From: the human T2T-CHM13v2.0 reference genome, Homo sapiens
Length of the DNA: 64,000 nt
Strand: one strand, 5' to 3'
NCBI RefSeq assembly: GCF_009914755.1
Contig: NC_060946.1
Position numbers and translations under genes: made by a program. Under the pieces are notes generated by a model. That model was given only the letters and a program-made list of their open reading frames with translations. It searched no databases and was not told the DNA's origin. This document shows, in pieces, positions 1 through 15,109 of this stretch (the first letter of the stretch is position 1; each line of letters starts with the position of its first letter).

Positions 1-318
1 CACTGTGTGTGCTGTGTTTTCCAAAGGTCAGAACAGATTGAACCTTTGTGGTTTTATTTTCCCTGAGTTTGATTTTCCTCATGGGGAACCTGTGTTGCTG
101 CTTTGAACGTATATTCATACTGGCCTTTCAAATGCCAACTCTTCATATTACTAGTTAATGCTTTCAAAATATGTTATTTAAAAAATGATCCTCAGTATTG
201 TCCATATGCAGTTATAAATACGTTTCATGGTTATGTTTTATTCCTCAGTTTACATATTTGATTATTGTACCAAGCAGAGTACCTTTGAAATGTTTTTCCA
301 TTTAAAAAATATGAATCT
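1..318 (+). repeat. HSATI-like segment of the DYZ2 unit (partial, first copy)
   Basis: Matches 2415-2732 at offset 2414 and lies directly upstream of the Alu. Confidence 0.8.
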
Positions 319-607
319 TGGCTCAGGCCTGTAACCCCAGCAAATTTGGAGGCCAAGGCAAGGGGATCACAAGTTGAAGAGATCAAGACCATCCTGGCCA
401 ATACAGTGAAAGGCTGTCACTACTAAAAATCCAAAAAACTAGCTAGGCATGGTGGCAGCTGGTGTAGTCCCAGTGTGGTGTAGTCCCAGCTACCTGGGAG
501 GCTGAGGGAGGACGATCGCTTGAAGCCGTGAGGCAGATGTTGCAGTGAGCAAAGATGGCGCCATTGTACTTCACCCTGTGAAACACAAGTCTCTGTCTGA
601 AAAAAAA
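319..607 (+). mobile_element. Diverged Alu (5'-truncated ~12 bp), copy 1, 3-bp-deletion variant
   Basis: tggctcaggcctgtaaccccagc ... gagatcaagaccatcctggccaa ... tactaaaaatccaaaaaa linker ... tgtagtcccagctac ... gttgcagtgagc ... ctctgtctg + A8 align with the Alu left arm, linker, right arm and tail. Confidence 0.95.
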
Positions 608-2166
608 TTATATATGGTATATACTATATGTTATGGAATATGCTTTATATGTAATATATAACCTCATATATATTATATGTCATAATACATAATATTTATC
701 CTATGTCATCTTATATATATTATGTATATTACATAACGTATATAATATATAATACAGATTATGCATCTTAAATATGAAAATATATAATTATTGATAACAT
801 CACATATAGTTATATATAATATGATATATAACGTATATACTATATCATATGTGATATATAATATATATATTTTTATTACATATTATAATTTATATATATT
901 ATAATTTATATAAAGATATTATAATTTATGTAATATAAATAATTATATATAATCATATAATGAGGTATAATATAAATAATAATCTATACGATTACATATT
1001 TATGTAGTTATCTGTATAAAAATATAATTATATATATAATTATATATATCATATAATAGACAACATACATATTGTATAATGTATAATATATATTATACAA
1101 TGTATGATACATATATGATATTTAATATATCATAATAGAATATATATTTTAATATTATGTATGTAACGTATATTATGTGATATATAATATATATTATGTA
1201 ATATAAAATAATATAATATATTTTATAATATGATATATTATGTAAAGTAAGTAATAAAATTATATATAACATAATATATACTTATGTATAATATAACATA
1301 TAATTATGTACATTATATTTTATATGTACATATAATATTATACAGTTATATATAATTTTGAATAGTTACATATAATGTAATATAAAACATATATAATATA
1401 TATCATAAAATATATATATTATACCATATATAATATGTATCATATATTTTGTGTTATATGTCATATATCGTATATCATATATCATATGTTATATGTTATA
1501 TATATCACATTCCACATATTGTGTATTATAAATTATATATAATATATGACATACATTACATTATATTTGATAAATTATACATTATATGTAACATAGTATA
1601 TATTATATGTAACATGTATATTCTATGGAAAATATATGATATATAACATATATTATATATAATTAATGACATAGACATATAATATATATTTAATATATGT
1701 ATTATACATACAACATATTGTATATAATATATAACATATATTACATAAAAGTCATAAAATATAATATATATTGTATGTCATATTTTACATTTACAGTTAT
1801 ATATTATTATATGTTATTTTATCTCATATATAACATAGAAACAATATGTATTATATATAATGTATATTATATATAACATAGATATAATAGATATAATATA
1901 TGTAATGTATATTATATATTTAATACGTATATTAACCATATAATATATTCTATATATGAAATATAATATATCTTATATATGTCATAAAATATAACGTATA
2001 TTATGTGTCATATTGTATAAATATAATGCTTATCTATTATCAATTATTATATGACATATAATATATATATTATAAGACGCAAGATGTAAAACAATATTAT
2101 ATATATGTTATATGTATCATATATACGATACTATATATGATTATATACATAATGTATATTTATATT
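608..2166. repeat. AT-rich degenerate (TA)n/(TATAA)-like low-complexity tract of the DYZ2 unit (representative; ~1.55-1.56 kb in every unit, between the Alu tail and the next HSATI segment)
   Basis: Almost entirely A/T, built of tata/ataat/tatat motifs with scattered C/G, and conserved nearly base for base between units. Confidence 0.92.
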
Positions 2167-2732
2167 TGTGGGTGCCCTATTCCCCATCTGATAACTTGTT
2201 GTAAGAAGCGCAGCGTAATAATGTGTGGGCTTGGGATTCTGTTTTTGAAACAAAACACTGAGCCTTCAATGACCTTTCGGTCTCTGTAAAAGCACTCCTG
2301 TCTTCCTGGCAGCTGTTGGACCTCACAATGTGGATTGTGCCCTCACCCTGCAATGTTGATGCCCTATCGCCATGGTGACGGGATTAGGGATCTCCTGCTC
2401 TTGGTCCTAAGGGCCACTGTCTGTGCTGTGTTTTCCAAAGGTCAGAACAGATTGAACCTTTGTGGTTTTATTTTCCCTGAGTTTGATTTTTCTCATGGGG
2501 AACCTGTGTTGCTGCTTTGAACGTATATTCATACTGGCCTTTCAAATGCCAACTCTTCATATTACTAGTTAATGCTTTCAAAATATGTTATTTAAAAAAT
2601 GATCCTCAGTATTGTCCATATGCAGTTATAAATACGTTTCATGGTTATGTTTTATTCCTCAGTTTACATATTTGATTATTGTACCAAGCAGAGTACCTTT
2701 GAAATGTTTTTCCATTTAAAAAATATGAATCT
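2167..2732 (+). repeat. HSATI-like segment of the DYZ2 unit (representative full copy; occupies the ~566 bp upstream of every Alu listed)
   Basis: Higher-complexity segment from tgtgggtgccctattcccc to aaaaatatgaatct, repeated in each unit. The name comes from the known DYZ2 composition, not from an alignment. Confidence 0.8.
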
Positions 2733-3024
<292 letters not shown>

Positions 3025-5146
3025 TTATATATGGTATATACTATATGTTATGGAATATGCTTTATATGTAATATATAACCTCATATATATTATATGTCAT
3101 AATACATAATATTTATCCTATGTCATCTTATATATTATGTATATTACATAACGTATATAATATATAATACAGATTATGCATCTTAAATATGAAAATATAT
3201 AATTATTGATAACATAACATATAGTTATATATAATATGATATATAACGTATATACTATATCATATGTGATATATAATATATATATTTTTATTACATATTA
3301 TAATTTATATATATTATAATTTATATAAAGATATAATTATTTATGTAATATAAATAATAATATATAATTATATAATGAGGTATAATATAAATAATAATAT
3401 ATACGATTACATATTTATGTAGTTATCTGTATAAAAACATAATTATATATATAATTATATATATCATATATTAGACAACATACATATTATATAATGTATA
3501 ATATATATTATACAATATATGATACATATATGATATGTAATATATCATAATAGAATATATATTTTAATATTATGTATGTAACATATATTATGTGATATAT
3601 AATATATATAATGTAATATAAAATAATATAATATAAAATATATTATATTATGATATATTATGTAAAGTAAGTAATAAAATTACATATAACATAATATATA
3701 GTTATGTATAATATAACGTATAATTATATACGTTATATTTTATATGTACATATAATATTATACAGTTATATATAATTTTGAATAGTTACATATAATGTAA
3801 TATAAAACATATATAATATATATCATAAAATATATATTTTATACCATATATAATATGTATCATATATTGTGTGTTATATGTCATATATTGTATATCATAT
3901 ATCGTATGTTATATGTCATATATATCACATTCCACATATTGTGTATTATAAATTATATATAATATATGACATACATTACATTATATTTGATAAATTATAC
4001 ATTATATGTAACATAGTATATATTATATGTAACATGTATATTCTACGGAAAATATATAATATATAACATATATTACATATAATTAATGACATAGACATAT
4101 AATATATATTTAATATATGTATTATACATACAACATATTGTATATAATATATAACATATATTACATAAAAGTCATAAAATATATATTGTATGTCATATTT
4201 TACATTTACAGTTATATATTATTATATGTTATTTTATCTCATATATAACATAGAAACATTATATATTATATATAATGTATATTATATATAACATAGATAT
4301 AATAGATTAATATGTGTAAGGTATATTATATATTTAATACGTATATTAAACATATAATATATTCTATATATGAAATATAATATATCTTATATGTGTCATA
4401 AAATATAACGTATAATATGTGTCATATTGTATAAATATAATGCTTATCTATTATCAATTATTATATGACATATAATATATATAATATAAGACGCAGGATG
4501 TAAAACAATATTATATATATGTTATATGTATTATATATACGATACTATATATTATTATATACATAATGTATATTTATATTTGTGGGTGCCCTATTCCCCA
4601 TCTGATAACTTGTTGTAAGAAGCGCAGCGTAATAATGTGTGGGCTTGGGATTCTGTTTTTGAAACAAAACACTGAGCCTTCAATGACCTTTCGGTCTCTG
4701 TAAAAGCACTCCTGTCTTCCTGGCAGCTGTTGGACCTCACAATGTGGATTGTGCCCTCACCCTGCAATATTGATGCCCTATCGCCATGGTGACGGGATTA
4801 GGGATCTCCTGCTCTTGGTCCTAAGGGCCACTGTCTGTGCTGTGTTTTCCAAAGGTCAGAACAGATTGAACCTTTGTGGTTTTATTTTCCCTGAGTTTGA
4901 TTTTTCTCATGGGGAACCTGTGTTGCTGCTTTGAACATATATTCATACTGGCCTTTCAAATGCCAACTCTTCATATTACTAGTTAATGCTTTCAAAATAT
5001 GTTATTTAAAAAATGATCCTCAGTATTGTCCATATGCAGTTATAAATACGTTTCATGGTTATGTTTTATTCCTCAGTTTACATATTTGATTATTGTACCA
5101 AGCAGAGTACCTTTGAAATGTTTTTCCATTTAAAAAATATGAATCT

Positions 5147-5438
<292 letters not shown>

Positions 5439-7568
5439 TTATATATGGTATATACTATATGTTATGGAATATGCTTTATATGTAATATATAACCTCATAT
5501 ATATTATATGTCATAATACATAATATTTATCCTATGTCATCTTATATATATTATGTATATTACATAACGTATATACTATATAATACATATTATGCATCTT
5601 AAATATGAAAATATGTAATTATTGATAACATAACATATAGTTATATATAATATGATATATAACGTATATACTATATCATATGTGATATATAATATATATA
5701 TTTTTATTACATATTATAATTTATATATATTATAATTTATATAAAGCTATAATTATTTATGTAATATAAATAATTATATATAATTATATAATGAGGTATA
5801 ATATAAATAATAATATATACGATTACATATTTATGTAGTTATCTGTATAAAAATATAATTATATATATAATTATATATATCATATAATAGACAACATACA
5901 TATTATATAATGTATAATATATATTATACAATATATGATACATATATGATATTTAATATATCATAATAGAATATATAGTTTAATATTATGTATGTAACAT
6001 ATATTATGTGATATATAATATATATTATGTAATATAAAATAATATAATATAATATATATTATATTATGGTATATTATGTAAAGTAAGTAATAAAATTACA
6101 TATAACATAATATATAGTTATGTATAATATAACGTATAATTATATACGTTATATTTTATATGTACATATAATATTATACAGTTATATATAATTTTGAATA
6201 GTTACATATAATGTAATATAAAACATATATAATATATATCATAAAATATATATTTTATAACATATATAATATGTATCATATATTGTGTGTTATATGTCAT
6301 ATATTGTCTATCATATATCGTATGTTATATGTTATATATATCACATTCCACATATTGTGTATTATAAATTATATATAATATATGACATACATTACATTAT
6401 ATTTGATAAATTATACATTATATGTAACATAGTATATATTATATGTAACATGTATATTCTATGGAAAATATATAATATATAACATATATTACATATAATT
6501 AATGACATAGACATATAATATATATTTAATATATGTATTATACATACAACATATTGTATATAATATATAACATATATTACATAAAAGTCATAAAATATAA
6601 TATATATTGTATGTCATATTTTACATTTACAGTTATATATTATTATATGTTATTTTATCTCATATATAACATAGAAACAATATATATTATATATAATGTA
6701 TATTATATATAACATAGATATAATAGATATAATATATGTAATGTATCTTATATATTTAATACGTATATTAACCATATAATATATTCTATATATAAAATAT
6801 AATATATCTTATATATGTCATAAAATATAACTTATATTATGTGTCATATTGTATAAATATAATGCTTATCTATTATCAATTATTATATGACATATAATAT
6901 ATATAATATAAGACGCAGGATGTAAAACAATATTATATATATGTTATATGTATTATATATACGATACTATATATTATTATATACATAATGTATATTTATA
7001 TTTGTGGGTGCCCTATTCCCCATCTGATAACTTGTTGTAAGAAGCGCAGCGTAATAATGTGTGGGCTTGGGATTCTGTTTTTGAAACAAAACACTGAGCC
7101 TTCAATGACCTTTCGGTCTCTGTAAAAGCACTCCTGTCTTCCTGGCAGCTGTTGGACCTCACAATGTGGATTGTGCCCTCACCCTGCAATGTTGATGCCC
7201 TATCGCCATGGTGACGGGATTAGGGATCTCCTGCTCTTGGTCCTAAGGGCCACTGTTTGTGCTGTGTTTTCCAAAGGTCAGAACAGATTGAACCTTTGTG
7301 GTTTTATTTTCCCTGAGTTTGATTTTTCTCATGGGGAACCTGTGTTGCTGCTTTGAACGTATATTCATACTGGCCTTTCAAATGCCAACTCTTCATATTA
7401 CTAGTTAATGCTTTCAAAATATGTTATTTAAAAAATGATCCTCAGTATTGTCCATATGCAGTTATGAATACGTTTCATGGTTATGTTTTATTCCTCAGTT
7501 TACATATTTGATTATTGTACCAAGCAGAGTACCTTTGAAATGTTTTTCCATTTAAAAAATATGAATCT

Positions 7569-7860
<292 letters not shown>

Positions 7861-9983
7861 TTATATATGGTATATACTATATGTTATGGAATATGCTTTA
7901 TATGTAATATATAACCTCATATATATTATATGTCATAATACATAATATTTATCCTATGTCATCTTATATATATTATGTATATTACATAACGTATATAATA
8001 TATAATACATATTATGCATCTTAAATATGAAAATATATAATTATTGATAACATAACATATAGTTATATATAATATGATATATAACGTATATACTATATCA
8101 TATGTGATATATAATATATATATTTTTATTACATATTATAATTTATATATATTATAATTTATATAAAGATATAATTATTTATGTAATATAAATATATATA
8201 ATTATATAATGAGGTATAATATAAATAATAATACATACGATTACATATTTATGTAGTTATCTGTATAAAAATATAATTATATATATAATTATATATATCA
8301 TATCATAGACAACATACATATTATATAATGTGTAATATATATTATACAATATATGACACATATATGATATTTAATATATCATAATAGAATATATATTTTA
8401 ATATTATGTATGTAACATATATTATGTGATATATAATATATATTATGTAATATAAAATAATATAATATAATATATATTATATTATGAAATATTATGTAAA
8501 GTAAGTAATAAAATTACATATAACATAATATATAGTTATGTATAATATAACGTATAATTATATACGTTATATTTTATATGTACATATAATATTATACAGT
8601 TATATATAATTTTGAATAGTTACATATAATGTAATATAAAACATATATAATATATATCATAAAATATATATTTTATACCATATATAATATGTATCATATA
8701 TTGTGTGTTATATGTCATATATTGTATATCATATATCGTATGTTATATGTTATATATATCTCATTCCACATATTGTGTATTATAAATTATATATAATATA
8801 TGACATACATTACATTATATTTGATAAATTATACATTATACGTAACATAGTATATATTATATGTAACATGTATATTCTATGGAAAATATATAATATATAA
8901 CATATATTACATATAATTAATGACATAGACATATAATATATATTTAATATATGTATTATACATGCAACATATTGTATATAATATATAACATTTATTACAT
9001 AAAAGTCATAAAATATATATATTGTATGTCATATTTTACATTTACAGTTATATATTATTATATGTTATTTTATCTCATATATAACATAGAAACAATATAT
9101 ATTATATATAATGTATATTATATATAACATAGATATAATAGATATAATATATGTAATGTATATTATATATTTAATAAGTATATTAACCATATAATATATT
9201 CTATATATGAAATATAATATATCTTATATATGTCATAAAATATAACGTATATTATGTGTCATATTGTATAAATATAATGCTTATCTATTATCAATTATTA
9301 TATGACATATAATATATATAATATAAGACGCAGGATGTAAAACAATATTATATATATGTTATATGTATTATATATACGATACTATATATTATTATATACA
9401 TAATGTATATTTATATTTGTGGGTGCCCTATTCCCCATCTGATAACTTGTTGTAAGAAGCGCAGCGTAATAATGTGTGTGCTTGGGATTCTGTTTTTGAA
9501 ACAAAACACTGAGCCTTCAATGACCTTTCGGTCTCTGTAAAAGCACTCCTGCCTTCCTGGCAGCTGTTGGACCTCACAATGTGGATTGTGCCCTCACCCT
9601 GCAATGTTGATGCCCTATCGCCATGGTGACGGGATTAGGGATCTCCTGCTCTTGGTCCTAAGGGCCACTGTCTGTGCTGTGTTTTCCAAAGGTCAGAACA
9701 GATTGAACCTTTGTGGTTTTATTTTCCCTGAGTTTGATTTTTCTCATGCGGAACCTGTGTTGCTGCTTTGAACGTATATTCATACTGGCCTTTCAAATGC
9801 CAACTCTTCATATTACTAGTTAATGCTTTCAAAATATGTTATTTAAAAAATGATCCTCAGTATTGTCCATATGCAGTTATGAATACGTTTCATGGTTATG
9901 TTTTATTCCTCAGTTTACATATTTGATTATTGTACCAAGCAGAGTACCTTTGAAATGTTTTTCCATTTAAAAAATATTAATCT

Positions 9984-10275
<292 letters not shown>

Positions 10276-12401
10276 TTATATATGGTATATACTATATGTT
10301 ATGGAATATGCTTTATATGTAATATATAACCTCATATATATTATATGTCATAATACATAATATTTATCCTATGTCATCTTATATATCTTATGTATATTAC
10401 ATAACGTATATAATATATAATACATATTATGCATCTTAAATATGAAAATATATAATTATTGATAACATAACATATAGTTATATATAATATGATATATAAC
10501 GTATATACTATATCATATGTGATATAAAATATATATATTTTTATTACATATTATAATTTATATATATTATAATTTATATAAAGATATAATTATTTATGTA
10601 ATATAAATATATATAATTATATAATGAGGTATAATATAAATAATAATACATACGATTACATATTTATGTAGTTATCTGTATAAAAATATAATTATATATA
10701 TAATTATATATATCATATCATAGACAACTTACATATTATATAATGTGTAATATATATTATACAATATATGACACATATATGATATTTAATATATCATAAT
10801 AGAATATATATTTTAATATTATGTATGTAACATATATTATGTGATATATAATATATATTATGTAATATAAAATAATATAATATAATATATATTATATTAT
10901 GATATATTATGTAAAGTAAGTAATAAAATTACATATAACATAATATATAGTTATGTATAATATAACGTATAATTATATACGTTATATTTTATATGTACAT
11001 ATAATATTATACAGTTATATATAATTTTGAATAGTTACATATAATGTAATATAAAACATATATAATATATATCATAAAATTTATATTTTATACCATATAT
11101 AATATGTATCATATATTGTGTGTTATATGTCATATATTGTATATCATATATCGTATGTTATATGTTATATATATCACATTCCACATATTGTGTATTATAA
11201 ATTATATATAATATATGACATACATTACATTATATTTGATAAATTATACATTATATGTAACATAGTATATATTATATGTAACATGTATATTCTATGGAAA
11301 ATATATAATATATAACATATATTACATATAATTAATGACATAGACATATAATATATATTTAATATATGTATTATACATACAACATATTGTATATAATATT
11401 TAACATTTATTACATAAAAGTCATAAAATATAATATATATTGTATGTCATATTTTACATTTACAGTTATATATTATTATATGTTATTTTATCTCATATAT
11501 AACATAGAAACAATATATATTATATATAATGTATATTATATATAACATAGATATAATAGATATAATATATGTAATGTATATTATATATTTAATACGTATA
11601 TTAACCATATAATATATTCTATATATGAAATATAATATATCTTATATATGTCATAAAATATAACGTATATTATGTGTCATATTGTATAAATATAATGCTT
11701 ATCTATTATCAATTATTATATGACATATAATATATATAATATAAGACGCAGGATGTAAAACAATATTATGTATATGTTATATGTATTATATATACGATAC
11801 TATATATTATTATATACATAATGTATGTTTATATTTGTGGGTGCCCTATTCCCCATCTGATAACTTGTTGTAAGAAGCGCAGCGTAATAATGTGTGGGCT
11901 TGGGATTCTGTTTTTGAAACAAAACACTGAGCCTTCAATGACCTTTCGGTCTCTGTAAAAGCACTCCTGTCTTCCTGGCAGCTGTTGGACCTCACAATGT
12001 GGATTGTGCCCTCACCCTGCAATGTTGATGCCCTATCGCCATGGTGACGGGATTAGGGATCTCCTGCTCTTGGTCCTAAGGACCACTGTCTGTGCTGTGT
12101 TTTCCAAAGGTCAGAACAGATTGAACCTTTGTGGTTTTATTTTCCCTGAGTTTGATTTTTCTCATGGGGAACCTGTGTTGCTGCTTTGAACGTATATTCA
12201 TACTGGCCTTTCAAATGCCAACTCTTCATATTACTAGTTAATGCTTTCAAAATATGTTATTTAAAAAATGATCCTCAGTATTGTCCATATGCAGTTATAA
12301 ATACGTTTCATGGTTATGTTTTATTCCTCAGTTTACATATTTGATTATTGTACCAAGCAGAGTACCTTTGAAATGTTTTTCCATTTAAAAAATATGAATC
12401 T

Positions 12402-12693
<292 letters not shown>

Positions 12694-14817
12694 TTATATA
12701 TGGTATATACTATATGTTATGGAATATGCTTTATATGTAATATATAACCTCATATATATTATATGTCATAATACATAATATTTATCCTATGTCATCTTAT
12801 ATATATTATGTATATTACATAACGTATATAATATATAATACATATTATGCATCTTAAATATGAATATATATAATTATTGATAACATAACATATAGTTATA
12901 TATAATATGATATATAACGTATATACTATATCATATGTGATATATAATATATATATTTTTATTACATATTATAATTTATATATATTATAATTTATATAAT
13001 GATATAATTATTTATGTAATATAAATATATATAATTATATAATGTGGTATAATATAAATAATAATACATACGATTACATATTTATGTAGTTATCTGTATA
13101 AAAATATAATTATATATATAATTATATATATCATATAATAGACAACATACATATTATATAAAGTATAATATATATTATACAATATATGACACATATATGA
13201 TATTTAATATATCATAATAGAATATATATTTTAATATTATGTATGTAACATATATTATGTGATATATAATATATATTATGTAATATAAAATAATATAATA
13301 TTATATATTATATTATGATATATTATGTAAAGTAAGCAATAAAATTACATATAACATAATATATAGTTATGTATAATATAACGTATAATTATATACGTTA
13401 TATTTTATATGTACATATAATATTATACAGTTATATATAATTTTGAATAGTTACATATAATGTAATATAAAACATATATAATATATATCATAAAATATAT
13501 ATTTTATACCATATATAATATGTATCATATATTGTGTGTTATATGTCATATATTGTATATCATATATCGTATGTTATATGTTATATATATCACATTCCAC
13601 ATATTGTGTATTATAAATTATATATAATATATGACATACATTACATTATATTTGATAAATTATACATTATATGTAACATAGTATATATTATATGTAACAT
13701 GTATATTCTATGGAAAATATATAATATATAACATATATTACATATAATTAATGACATAGACATATAATATATATTTAATATATGTATTATACATACAACA
13801 TATTGTATATAATATATAACATTTATTACATAAAAGTCATAAAATATAATATATATTGTATGTCATATTTTACATTTACAGTTATATATTATTATATGTT
13901 ATTTTATCTCATATATAACATAGAAACAATATATATTATATATAATGTATATTATATATAACATAGATATAATAGATATAATATATGTAATGTATATTAT
14001 ATATTTAATACGTATATTAACCATATAATATATTCTATATATGAAATATAATATATCTTATATATGTCATAAAATATAACGTATATTATGTGTCATATTG
14101 TTTAAATATAATGCTTATCTATTATCAATTATTATATGACATATAATATATATAATATAAGACGCAGGATGTAAAACAATATTATATATATGTTATATGT
14201 ATTATATATACGATACTATATATTATTATATACATAATGTATATTTATATTTGTGGGTGCCCTATTCCCCATCTGATAACTTGTTGTAAGAAGCGCAGCG
14301 TAATAATGTGTGGGCTTGGGATTCTGTTTTTGAAACAAAACACTGAGCCTTCAATGACCTTTCGGTCTCTGTAAAAGCACTCCTGTCTTCCTGGCAGCTG
14401 TTGGACCTCACAATGTGGATTGTGCCCTCACCCTGCAATGTTGATGCCCTATCGCCATGGTGACGGGATTAGGGATCTCCTGCTCTTGGTCCTAAGGGCC
14501 ACTGTCTGTGCTGTGTTTTCCAAAGGTCAGAACAGATTGAACTTTTGTGGTTTTATTTTCCCTGAGTTTGATTTTTCTCATGGGGAACCTGTGTTGCTGC
14601 TTTGAACGTATATTCATACTGGCCTTTCAAATGCCAACTCTTCATATTACTAGTTAATGCTTTCAAAATATGTTATTTAAAAAATTATCCTCAGTATTGT
14701 CCATATGCAGTTATAAATACGTTTCATGGTTATGTTTTATTCCTCAGTTTACATATTTGATTATTGTACCAAGCAGAGTACCTTTGAAATGTTTTTCCAT
14801 TTAAAAAATATGAATCT

Positions 14818-15109
<292 letters not shown>

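Noticed and set aside
319-607. 7SL/SRP RNA gene or active Alu source element
   Set aside because: The similarity is that of a decayed dimeric Alu: 5'-truncated, CpG-depleted, with a short tail and an internal duplication.
1449-1646. 65-69-aa Tyr/Ile-rich ORF repeated in every unit
   Set aside because: It is a translation of (TA)n-like low-complexity DNA (TAT/ATA codons), mostly with non-ATG starts, and is conserved only because the whole unit is.
608-2166. TATA boxes and AATAAA poly(A) signals in the AT tract
   Set aside because: Expected by chance in sequence this AT-rich, with no gene context to support them.
2335-2520. 61-aa ORF MCPHPAML... repeated in every unit
   Set aside because: TTG start, no recognisable domain, located within HSATI satellite, and several unit variants are nonsynonymous with no sign of codon-level constraint.
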